From Eledone cirrhosa (taxonomy: Eukaryota), in NCBI GenBank assembly GCA_964016885.1, contig OZ024755.1, positions 44,888,001 through 44,952,000 on the forward strand: a DNA stretch of 64,000 nt, read 5' to 3'. Shown one piece after another: positions 1-14,194 of the stretch. Positions within the stretch are counted from its first letter, which is position 1; each line of letters starts with the position of its first letter. Below the pieces are notes generated by a model. The model did no database searches. It was not told the origin of the DNA and saw nothing but the letters and a program-made list of their open reading frames with translations. Both the position numbers and the translations under genes were made by a program.

Positions 1-2049
1 TCCCACAGTTGACAGTACCAACATATACTGTGTACCACAGTTGACAGTACTAACATATACTGTGTACCACAGTTGACAGTACCAACATATTCTGTGTACC
101 ACAGTTGACAGTTCCAACATATACTGTGTACCACAGTTGACAGTACCAACATATACTGGGTACCACAGTTGACAATACCATCATATACTGTGTACCACAG
201 TTGACACTACCAGCATAAACTGTGTACCAGAGTTGACAGTACCAACATATACTGTGTACCACAGTTGAAAGTACCAACGTATATTGTGTACCACAGTTGA
301 CGGTACCAACATTTACTGTGTACCACAGTTGACAGTACCAACATATACTGTGTACCACAGTTGACAGTACCAACGTATACTGTGTACCACATTTGACAGT
401 ACCAACGTGCACTGTGTACCACAGTTGACAGTACCAACATATACTGTGTACCACAGTTGACAGTACCAACATATACTGTGTACCATAGTTGACAGTATCA
501 ACGTATATGTGTACCACTGTTATCAGTACTAACATATGCTTTGTACCACAGTTGACAGTACCAACATATACTGTGTACCACAGTTGACAGTACCAACATA
601 TCCTGTGTACCTCAGATGACATTACCAACATATACTGTGTACCACAGTTGACAGTACCAACATATACTATGTACCACAGTTGACAGTACCAACGTATACT
701 GTGTACCACAGTTGACAGTACCAACATATACTGTGTCCCACAGTTGACAGTACCAACATATACTGTGTACCACAGTTGACAGTACCAACATATACTGTGT
801 AGCACAGTTGACAGTACCCACATATACTGGGTACCACAGTTGACAGAACCCACGTATACTGTGTACCACAGTTGACAGTACCAACATATACAGTGTACCA
901 CAGTTGACAGTACCAACATATACTGTGTACTACAGTTGACAGTACCAACGTATACTGTGTACCACAGTTGACAGTACCCACATATACTGGGTACCACAGT
1001 TGACAATACCATCATAAACTGTGTACCACAGTAGACACTACCAATATAAACTGTGTACCACAGTTGACAGTACCAATATATACTGTGTACCACAGTCTGC
1101 AGTACCAACATATACTGTGTACCACAGTTGGCAGTACCAACATATACTGTGTACCACAGTTGACAGAACCAACATATACTGTGTACCACATTTGACAGTA
1201 CCAACATATACTGGGTGCCACTATTCACAGTACCAACATATACGGTGTACCACAGTTGACAATACCAACATATACTGTGTACCAAATTTGACAGTACTAA
1301 CGTATAATGTGTACCGCAGTTGGATGTACCAACGTATACTGTGTACCAGAGTTGACAGTACCAACGTATACTGTGTACCAGAGTTGACAGTACCAACATA
1401 TTCTGTGTACCACAGTTGACAGTACCAACATATACTGTGTACCACAGTTGGCAGTACCAACATATACTGTGTACCACATTTGACAGTACCAAAAAATACA
1501 GTGTACCACAGTTGACAGTACCAACATATACTGTGTACCCCAGTTGACAGTACCAACATATACTGTGTACCATAGTTGACAGTACCAACGTATACTGCGT
1601 ACCACAGTTGACAGTACCAACATATACTGTGTACCACAGTTGACAGTACCAACATATACTGTGTACCATAGTTGACAGTATCAACGTATATGTGTACCAC
1701 ATTTGTCAGTACTAACATATGCCGTGTACCACAGTTGACATTACCAACATATACTGTGTACCACAGTTGACAGTACCGACATATCCTGTGTACCTCAGTT
1801 GACAGTACCAACATATACTGTGTACCACATTTGATAGTACCAACATATACTGTGTACCACAGTTGACAGTACCAACATATACTGTGTACCACAGTTGAGA
1901 GTACCAACATATACTGTCTCCCACAGTTGACAGTACCAACATATACTGTGTACCAGAGTTGACAGTACTAACATATACTGTGTACCACATTTGACAGTAC
2001 CAACATATTCTGTGTACCACAGTTGACAGTACCAACATATACTGTGTAC

Positions 2050-5000
2050 CACAGTTGACAGTACCAACATATACTGGGTACCACAGTTGAAAATACCATC
2101 ATATACTGTGTACCACAGTTGACACTACCAGCATAAACTGTGTACCAGAGTTGACAGTACCAACATATACTGTGTACCACAGTTGAAAGTACCAACGTAT
2201 ACTGTGTACCACAGTTGACAGTACCAACATATACTGTGTACCACAGTTGACAGTACCAACATATACTGTGTACCACAGTCGACAGTAGCAACGTATACTG
2301 TGTACCACATTTGACAGTACCAACATGCACTGTGTACCACAGTTGACAGTACCAACATATAGTGTGTACCACAGTTGGCAGTACCAACATATAATGGGTG
2401 CCACTGTTCACAGTACCAACATATACTGTGTACCACAGTCGACAATACCAACGTATACTGTGTACCACAGTTGACAGTACCAACATATACTGTGTACCAC
2501 AGTTGACAGTACCAACGTATACTGTGTAACACAGTTGACAATACCATCATATAGGGTGTACCACAGTTGACAGTACCAACATATACTGTGAACTACAGTT
2601 GACAGTACCATCATATACTGTGTACCAGAGTTGACAGTACTAACATATACTGTGTACCAGAGTTGACAGTACCAACATATACTGTGTACCACTGTTGACA
2701 GTACCAACGTATACTGTATACCACAGTTAACAGTACCAACATATACTGTGTGCCACAGTTGACAGTACCAACGTATACAGTGTACCACTGATGACAGTAC
2801 CAACATATACAGTATAACACAGTTGACAGTACCAACATATACTGTGTACCACAGTTGACAGTACCAACATATACTGTGTACCATAGGTGACAGTACCAAC
2901 GTATACTGTGTACCACAGTTGACAGTACCAACATATACTGTGTACCATAGTTGACAGAACCAACGTATACTGTGTACCATAGTTGACTGTACCAACATAT
3001 ACCGTGTACCACAGTTGACAGTACCAACATATATAGTGTACCAGAGTTGATAGTACCAACATATACAGTGTACCACTGTTGACATTACCATCATATACTG
3101 TGTACCACAGTTGATAGTACCAACGTATACTGTGTACCACAGTTGACAGTACCAACTTATACTGTGTACCACAGTTGACAGTACTAATATATACTGTGTA
3201 CCAAAGTTGAGAGTACCAACATATACTGTGTACCACAGTTGACAGTACTAACATATACTGTGTACAACAGTTGACAGTATCCACGTATGTGTACCACAGT
3301 TGACAGTATCAACGTATATCTGTACCACATATTGACAGTACCAACATATACTGTGTACCACAGTTGACAGTACCAACATATACTGTGTACCACAGTTGAC
3401 AGTACCAACATATACTGTGTACCACAGTTGACAGTACCAACATATACTGTGTACCACAGTTGACAGTACCAACGTATACTGTGTACCACAGTTGACAGTA
3501 CCAACATATACTGTGTACCACAGTTGACAGTACCAACATATACTGTGTACCACAGTTGGCAGTACCAACATATACTGTGTACCACAGTTGACAGTACCAA
3601 CATATACTGTGTACCAGAGTTGACAGTACCAACATATATTATGTACCACAGTTGACAGTACCAACATATACTGGGTGCCACTGTTCACAGTAGCAACATA
3701 TACTGTGTACCACATTTGACAATACCAACGTATTCGGTGTACCACAGTTGACAATACCATCATATAGGGTGTACCACAGTTGACAGTACCAACATATACT
3801 GTGTACCACATTTGACAGTACCATCATATACTGACTACCACAGTTGAGAGTACCAACGTATAATGTGTACCAGAGTTAACAGTACCAACATATACTGTGT
3901 ACCACTGTTGACAGTACCAACATATACTGTGTACCAGAGTTGACAGTACCAACATATTCTGTGTACCACAGTTGACAGTACCAACATATACTGTGTATCA
4001 CAGTTGACAGTACTGACATATACTGTGTACCAGAGTTGACAGTACTGACATATACTGTGTACCAGAGTTGACAGTACCAACATATACTATGTACCACAGT
4101 TGACAGTACCAGCGTATACTGTGTACCACAGTTGACAGTACCAACATATACTGGGTACCACAGTTGAAAATACCATCATATACTGTGTACCACAGTTGAC
4201 ACTACCAGCATAAACTGTGTACCAGAGTTGACAGTACCAACATATACTGTGTACCACAGTTGAAAGTACCAACGTATACTGTGTACCACAGTTGACAGTA
4301 CCAACATATACTGTGTACCACAGTTGACAGTACCAACATATACTGTGAACCACAGTTGACAGTAGCAACGTATACTGTGTACCACATTTGACAGTACCAA
4401 CATGCACTGTGTACCACAGTTGACAGTACCAACATATAGTGTGTACCACAGTTGGCAGTACCAACATATAATGGGTGCCACTGTTCACAGTACCAACATA
4501 TACTGTGTACCACAGTCGACAATACCAACGTATACTGTGTACCACAGTTGACAGTACCAACATATACTGTGTACCACAGTTGACAGTACCAGCGTATACT
4601 GTGTAACACAGTTGACAATACCATCATATAGGGTGTACCACAGTTGACAGTACCATCATATACTGTGTACCAGAGTTGACAGTACTAACATATACTGTTT
4701 ACCAGAGTTGACAGTACCAACATATACTGTGTACCAGAGTTGACAGTACTAACATATACTGTGTACCAGAGTTGACAGTACCAACATATATTGGATACCA
4801 CAGTAGACAGTACCAACATATACTGTGTACCACTGTTGACAGTACCAACGTATACTGTATACCACAGTTAACATTACCAACATATACTGTGTGCCACAGT
4901 TGACAGTACCAACGTATACAGTGTACCACTGATGACAGTACCAACATATACAGTATAACACAGTTGACAGTACCAACATATACTGTGTACCACAGTTGAC

Positions 5001-7050
5001 AGTACCAACATATACTGTGTACCATAGTTGACAGTACCAACGTATACTGTGTACCACAGTTGACAGTACCAACATATACTGTGTACCATAGTTGACAGAA
5101 CCAACGTATACTGTGTACCATAGTTGACTGTACCAACATATACCGTGTACCACAGTTGACAGTACCAACATATATAGTGTACCAGAGTTGATAGTACCAA
5201 CATATACAGTGTACCACTGTTGACATTACCATCATATACTGTGTACCACAGTTGATAGTACCAACGTATACTGTGTACCACAGTTGGCAGTACCAACTTA
5301 TACTGTGTACCACAGTTGACAGTACTAATATATACTGTGTACCAAAGTTGAGAGTACCAACATATACTGTGTACCACAGTTGACAGTACTAACATATACT
5401 GTGTACAACAGTTGACAGTATCCACGTATGTGTACCACAGTTGACAGTATCAACGTATATCTGTACCACATATTGACAGTACCAACATATACTGTGTACC
5501 ACAGTTGACAGTACCAACGTATACTGTGTAGCACAGTTGACAGTACCAACGTATACTGTGTACCACAGTTGACAGTACCAACATATACTGTGTACCACAG
5601 TTGACAGTACGAATGTATACTGTGTACCACAGTTGACATTACCAAGGTATACTGTGTACAAACAGTGGACAGTACCAATATATATGTGTACAACATATTG
5701 ACAGTACCAACATATACTCTGTACCACAGTTGACAGTACCAACATATACTGTGTACCACAGTTGACAGTACCAACATATACTGTGTACCACAGTTGACAG
5801 TACCAACGTATACTGTGTACCACAGTTGACAGTACCAACATATACTGTGTACCACAGTTGACAGTACCAACATATATTATGTACCACAGTTGACAGTACC
5901 AACATATACTGGGTGCCACTGTTCACAGTACCAACATATACTGTGTACCACAGTTGACAATACCAACGTATTCTGTGTACCACAGTTGACAATACCATCA
6001 TATAGGGTGTACCACAGTTGACAGTACCAACATATACTGTGTACCACATTTGACAGTACCATCATATACTGACTACCACAGTTGAGAGTACCAACGTATA
6101 ATGTGTACCAGAGTTAACAGTACCAACATATACTGTGTACCACTGTTGACAGTACCAACATATACTGTGTACCAGAGTTGACAGTACCAACATATTCTGT
6201 GTACCACAGTTGACAGTACCAACATATACTGTGTATCACAGTTGACAGTACTGACATATACTGTGTACCAGAGTTGACAGTACTGACATATACTGTGTAC
6301 CAGAGTTGACAGTACCAACATATACTATGTACCACAGTTGACAGTACCAGCGTATACTGTGTACCACAGTTGACAGTACCAACATATACTGGGTACCACA
6401 GTTGAAAATACCATCATATACTGTGTACCACAGTTGACACTACCAGCATAAACTGTGTACCAGAGTTGACAGTACCAACATATACTGTGTACCACAGTTG
6501 AAAGTACCAACGTATACTGTGTACCACAGTTGACAGTACCAACATATACTGTGTACCACAGTTGACAGTACCAACATATACTGTGTACCACAGTTGACAG
6601 TAGCAACGTATACTGTGTACCACATTTGACAGTACCAACATGCACTGTGTACCACAGTTGACAGTACCAACATATAGTGTGTACCACAGTTGGCAGTACC
6701 AACATATAATGGGTGCCACTGTTCACAGTACCAACATATACTGTGTACCACAGTCGACAATACCAACGTATACTGTGTACCACAGTTGACAGTACCAACA
6801 TATACTGTGTACCACAGTTGACAGTACCAACGTATACTGTGTAACACAGTTGACAATACCATCATATAGGGTGTACCACAATTGACAGTACCATCATATA
6901 CTGTGTACCAGAGTTGACAGTACTAACATATACTGTGTACCAGAGTTGACAGTACCAACATATACTGTGTACCAGAGTTGACAGTACTAACATATACTGT
7001 GTACCAGAGTTGACAGTACCAACATATATTGGATACCACAGTAGACAGTA
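2050..7050. repeat. Two to three consecutive higher-order units of about 2.1-2.2 kb
   Basis: Variant-bearing ORFs recur at 2099/4176/6414 (offsets 2077, 2238), 3639/5877 and 3835/6073 (2238), and ORF ends 3284/5425 (2141). The shared variant strings are gttgaaaataccatc, actaccagcataaact, gtagcaacg, atgcactg and gtcgacaat, in the same order. Confidence 0.85.
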
Positions 7051-9969
7051 CCAACATATACTGTGTACCACAATTGACAGTACCATCATATACTGTGTAC
7101 CAGAGTTGACAGTACTAACATATACTGTGTACCACAGTTGACAGTACCAACATATACTGTGTATCACAGTTGACAGTACTGACATATACTGTGTACCAGA
7201 GTTGACAGTACTGACATATACTGTGTACCAGAGTTGACAGTACCAACATATACTATGTACCACAGTTGACAGTACCAACGTATACTGTGTACCACAGTTG
7301 ACAGTACCAACATATAATGTGTCCCACAGTTGACAGTACCAACATATACTGTGTACCACAGTTGACAGTACCAACATATACGGTGTAGCACAGTTGACAG
7401 TACCCACATATACTGGGTACCACAGTTGACAGAACCCACGTATACTGTGTACCACAGTTGACAGTACCAACATATACAGTGTACCACAGTTGACAGTACC
7501 AACATATACTGTGTACTACAGTTGACAGTACCAACGTATACTGTGTACCACAGTTGACAGTACCCACATATACTGGGTACCACAGTTGACAATACCATCA
7601 TAAACTGTGTACCACAGTAGACACTACCAATATAAACTGTGTACCACAGTTGACAGTACCAATATATACTGTGTACCACAGTTGGCAGTACCAACATATA
7701 CTGTGTACCACAGTTGGCAGTACCAACATATACTGTGTACCACAGTTGACAGAACCAACATATACTGTGTACCACAGTTGACAGTACCAACATATACTGG
7801 GTGCCACTATTCACAGTACCAACATATACGGTGTACCACAGTTGACAATACCAACATATACTGTGTACCAAATTTGACAGTACTAACGTATAATGTGTAC
7901 CGCAGTTGGATGTACCAACGTATACTGTGTACCAGAGTTGACAGTACCAACATATTCTGTGTACCACAGTTGACAGTACCAACATATACTGTGTACCACA
8001 TTTGACAGTACCAAAAAATACAGTGTACCACAGTTGACAGTACCAACGTATACTGTGTACCACAGTTGACAGTACCAAGATATACCGTGTACCACAGTTG
8101 ACAGTACCAACATATACTGTGTACAAGATTTGACAGTACCAACATATACTGTGTACCACTGTTGACAGTACCAACATATACAGTGTACCATAGTTGACAG
8201 TACCAAAGTATACTGTGTAACACAGTTGACAGTAGCAACATATACAGTGTACAACAGTTCACAGTACCAACATATACCGCATACCACAGTTCACAGTACC
8301 AACGTATATTGTGTACCACAGTTGATACTACCAACATATACTGTGTACCACCGTTGACATTACTAACATATACTGTGTACCAGAGTTGACAGTACCAACA
8401 TATACTGTGTACCAGAGTTGACAGTACTAACATATACTGTGTACCAGAGTTGACAGTACCAACATATATTGGATACCACAGTTGACAGTACCAACATATA
8501 CTGTGTACCACTGTTGACAGTACCAACGTATACTGTATACCACAGTTAACAGTACCAACATATACTGTGTACCACAGTTGACAGTACCAACGTATACAGT
8601 GTACCACTGATGACAGTACCAACATATACAGTATAACACAGTTGACAGTACCAACATATACTGTGTACCACAGTTGACAGTACCAACATATACTGTGTAC
8701 CATAGTTGACAGTACCAACGTATACTGTGTACCACAGTTGACAGTACCAACATATACTGTGTACCATAGTTGACAGAACCAACGTATACTGTGTACCATA
8801 GTTGACAGTACCAACATATACCGTGTACCACAGTTGACAGTACCAACATATATAGTGTACCAGAGTTGATAGTACCAACATATACAGTGTACCACTGTTG
8901 ACATTACCATCATATACTGTGTACCACAGTTGATAGTACCAACGTATACTGTGTACCACAGTTGACAGTACCAACTTATACTGTGTACCACAGTTGACAG
9001 TACTAATATATACTGTGTACCAAAGTTGAGAGTACCAACATATACTGTGTACCACAGTTGACAGTACTAACATATACTGTGTACAACAGTTGACAGTATC
9101 CACGTATGTGTACCACAGTTGACAGTATCAACGTATATCTGTACCACATATTGACAGTACCAACATATACTGTGTACCACAGTTGACAGTACCAACGTAT
9201 ACTGTGTACCACAGTTGACAGTACCAATGTATACTGTGTACCACAGTTGACAGTACCAACATATACTGTGTACCACAGTTGACAGTACCAATGTATACTG
9301 TGTACCACAGTTGACATTACCAAGGTATACTGTGTACAAACAGTGGACAGTACCAATATATATGTGTACAACATATTGACAGTACCAACATATACTGTGT
9401 ACCACAGTTGACAGTACCAACATATACTGTGTACCACAGTTGACAGTACCAACATATACTGTGTACCACAGTTGGCAGTACCAACATATACTGTGTACCA
9501 CAGTTGACAGTACCAACATATACTGTGTACCACATTTGACAGTACCATCATATACTGACTACCACAGTTGAGAGTACCAACGTATAGTGTGTACCAGAGT
9601 TAACAGTACCAACATATACTGTGTACCACTGTTGACAGTACCAACATATACTGTGTACCATAGTTGTCAGTACCAACATATACTGTGTACCACAGTTGAC
9701 AGTAACAACATATACTGTGTACCATAGTTGACAGTACCAACGTATACTGTGTACCACAGTTGACAGTACCAAGATATACCGTGTACCACAGTTGACAGTA
9801 CCAACATATACTGTGTACCAGATTTGACAGTACCAACATATACTGTGTACCACTGTTGACAGTACCAACATATACAGTGTACCAGATTTGACAGTACTAA
9901 TATATAATGTGTACCACAGTTGACAGTACAAACATATACTGTGTACCTCAGTTGACAGTACTAACATAT

Positions 9970-12900
9970 ACTGTGTACCACAGTTGACAGTATCCACGTA
10001 TATGTGTACCACATATTGACAGTACCAACATATACTGTGTACCACAGTTGAGAGTACCAACGTATAATGTGTACCACAGTTGACAGTACCAACGTAAACT
10101 GTGTACCACAGTTGACAGTACCAACATATACTGTGTACCACAGTTGACAGTACCAACGTATACTGTGTACCAAAGTTGACAGTATCAACGTATATGTGTA
10201 CTACATATTGACAGTACCAACATATACTGTGTACCACAGTTGACAGTACCAACGTATACTGTGTACCACAGTTGACAGTACCAACGTATACTGTGTACCA
10301 CAGTTGACAGTACCAACATATACTGTGTACCTCAGTTGACAGTACCAACATATACTGTGTACCTCAGTTGACAGTATAAACATATACTGTGTACCGCAGT
10401 TGACAGTACCAACATACACTGTGTACCATAGTTGACAGTACTAACATATACTGTGTACCAAATTTGACAGTACCAACATATACTGTGTACCTCAGTTGAC
10501 AGTATCAACATATAATGTGTACCACATTTGACAGTAACAACATATACTGTGAACCACAGTTTAGAGTACCAACATATACTGTGTATCACAGTTGACAGTA
10601 CCAACATATACCGTATACCACAGTTGAGAGTACCTACATATACTGTGTACCAAAGTTGACAGTACCAACATATACTGTGTAACACAGTTGACAGTACCAA
10701 CGTATACTGTGTACCACAGTTGACAGTACCAACATATACTGTGTACCACAGTTGACAGTACTAACATATACTGTGTACCATAGTTGACAGTACCAACGTA
10801 TACAGTGTACCATAGTTGACAGTACCAACATATACTGTGTACCACAGTTGACAGTACCAACATATACTGTGTACCATAGTTGACAGTACCAACGTATACT
10901 GTGTACCACAGTTGACAGTACCAACATATACTGTGTACCAGAGTTGACAGTACCAACATATACTGTGTACCACAGTTGACAGTACCAACATATACAGTGT
11001 ACCACAGTTGACAGTACCAACGTATACTGTGTACCACAGTTGACAGTACCAACATATAATGTGTACCACCGTTGACAGTACCAACATATACTGTGTATCA
11101 CAGTTGCCAGTACCAACATATACCTTGTTACCACAGTTGAGAGTACCAACATATACTGTGTACCACAGTTGACAGTACCAACATATAATGTGTACCACTG
11201 TTGACAGTACCAACATATACTGTGTACCACATTTAACAGTTCCAACATATACTGTGTACCACAGTTATCAGTACCAACGTACACTGTGTACCACTGTTGA
11301 CAGTACCAACATATACAGTGTACCACAGTTGACAGTACCAACATATACTGTGTACCACAGTTAACAGTACCAACATATACCGTGTACCACAGTTGACAGT
11401 AACAACATATACTGTGTACCACAGTTTAAAGTACCAACGTATACTGTGTACCACAGTTGACAGTATCAACATATACTGTGAACCACAGTTGACAGTACCA
11501 ACATATACTGTGTACGACAGTTGACAGTCCCAACATATACTGTGTACCACAGTTGACAGTACCAACATATACTGTGTACCACAGTTGACAGTACCAACAT
11601 ATACTGTGTACCACAGTTGGAAGTACCAACATATACTGTGTACCACATTTGACAGTACCAACATATACAGTGTACCACAGTTGACAGTACCAACATATAC
11701 TGTGTACCAGAGTTGACAGTACTAACATATACTGTGTACCACATTTGACAGTACCAACATATTCTGTGTACCACAGTTGACAGTACCAACATATACTGTG
11801 TACCACAGTTGACAGTACCAACATATACTGGGTACCACAGTTGAAAATACCATCATATACTGTGTACCACAGTTGACACTACCAGCATAAACTGTGTACC
11901 AGAGTTGACAGTACCAACATATACTGTGTACCACAGTTGAAAGTACCAACGTATACTGTGTACCACAGTTGACAGTACCAACATATACTGTGTACCACAG
12001 TTGACAGTACCAACATATACTGTGTACCACAGTTGACAGTAGCAACGTATACTGTGTACCACATTTGACAGTACCAACATGCACTGTGTACCACAGTTGA
12101 CAGTACCAACATATAGTGTGTACCACAGTTGGCAGTACCAACATATAATGGGTGCCACTGTTCACAGTACCAACATATACTGTGTACCACAGTCGACAAT
12201 ACCAACGTATACTGTGTACCACAGTTGACAGTACCAACATATACTGTGTACCACAGTTGACAGTACCAACGTATACTGTGTAACACAGTTGACAATACCA
12301 TCATATATGGTGTACCACAGTTGACAGTACCAACATATACTGTGTACCACAGTTGACAGTACCATCATATACTGTGTACCAGAGTTGACAGTACTAACAT
12401 ATACTGTGTACCAGAGTTGACAGTACCAACATATACTGTGTACCAGAGTTGACAGTACTAACATATACTGTGTACCAGAGTTGACAGTACCAACATATAT
12501 TGGATACCACAGTTGACAGTACCAACATATACTGTGTACCACTGTTGACAGTACCAACGTATACTGTATACCACAGTTAACAGTACCAACATATACTGTG
12601 TACCACAGTTGACAGTACCAACGTATACAGTGTACCACTGATGACAGTACCAACATATACAGTATAACACAGTTGACAGTACCAACATATACTGTGTACC
12701 TCAGTTGACAGTATCAACATATAATGTGTACCACATTTGACAGTAACAACATATACTGTGAACCACAGTTTAGAGTACCAACATATACTGTGTATCACAG
12801 TTGACAGTACCAACATATACCGTATACCACAGTTGAGAGTACCTACATATACTGTGTACCAAAGTTGACAGTACCAACATATACTGTGTACCACAGTTGA

Positions 12901-13830
12901 CAGTACCAACATATACTGTGTACCACAGTTGACAGTATCCACGTATATGTGTACCACATATTGACAGTACCAACATATACTGTGTACCACAGTTGAGAGT
13001 ACCAACGTATAATGTGTACCACAGTTGACAGTACCAACGTAAACTGTGTACCACAGTTGACAGTACCAACATATACTGTGTACCACAGTTGACAGTACCA
13101 ACGTATACTGTGTACCAAAGTTGACAGTATCAACGTATATGTGTACTACATATTGACAGTACCAACATATACTGTGTACCACAGTTGACAGTACCAACGT
13201 ATACTGTGTACCACAGTTGACAGTACCAACGTATACTGTGTACCACAGTTGACAGTACCAACATATACTGTGTACCTCAGTTGACAGTACCAACATATAC
13301 TGTGTACCTCAGTTGACAGTATAAACATATACTGTGTACCGCAGTTGACAGTACCAACATACACTGTGTACCATAGTTGACAGTACTAACATATACTGTG
13401 TACCAAATTTGACAGTACCAACATATACTGTGTACCTCAGTTGACAGTATCAACATATAATGTGTACCACATTTGACAGTAACAACATATACTGTGAACC
13501 ACAGTTTAGAGTACCAACATATACTGTGTATCACAGTTGACAGTACCAACATATACCGTATACCACAGTTGAGAGTACCTACATATACTGTGTACCAAAG
13601 TTGACAGTACCAACATATACTGTGTACCACAGTTGACAGTACCAACGTATACTGTGTACCACAGTTGACAGTACCAACATATACTGTGTACCACAGTTGA
13701 CAGTACTAACATATACTGTGTACCATAGTTGACAGTACCAACGTATACAGTGTACCATAGTTGACAGTACCAACATATACTGTGTACCACAGTTGACAGT
13801 ACCAACATATACTGTGTACCATAGTTGACA
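9970..13830. repeat. Higher-order duplication at offset 2945 bp (about 9970-10870 repeated at about 12915-13815)
   Basis: gtatccacgtatatgt occurs at 9990 and 12935. Identical or near-identical ORFs occur at 10201/13146 and 10332/13277. The same offset recurs at 30910/33855 and 31337/34282. Confidence 0.85.
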
Positions 13831-14194
13831 GTAACAACATATACTGTGTACCACAGTTTAAAGTACCAGCGTATACTGTGTACCACAGTTGACAGTATCA
13901 ACATATACTGTGTACCACAGTTGACAGTACCAACATATACTGTGTACGACAGTTGACAGTCCCAACGTATACTGTGTACCACAGTTGACAGTACCAACAT
14001 ATACTGTGTACCACAGTTGGCAGTACCAACATATACTGTGTACCACATTTGACAGTACCAACATATACAGTGTACCACAGTTGACAGTACCAACATATAC
14101 TGTGTACCAGAGTTGACAGTACTAACATATACTGTGTACCACATTTGACAGTACCAACATATTCTGTGTACCACAGTTGACAGTACCAACATAT

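Noticed and set aside
25-49. LexA SOS-box-like TACTGT...ACAGT dyad
   Set aside because: CTG-to-CAG spacing is 7 or 14 nt rather than the required 10, so the resemblance is coincidental.
1288-1308. Sigma70-like TTGACA followed by TATACT, or TATAAT in variants, in each monomer
   Set aside because: The spacing is 9 bp within a monomer or 41 bp to the next, not 16-18 bp. There is no downstream gene and no sign of a prokaryotic context.
1021-1419. Plus-strand ORFs (also 7607, 23195, 26766, 56432) and a TGA-as-Sec/Trp recoding idea
   Set aside because: These ORFs arise where substitutions or indels happen to remove in-frame TGAs. TAA and TAG variants also occur on this strand, and no SECIS-like or other non-repeat context is present.
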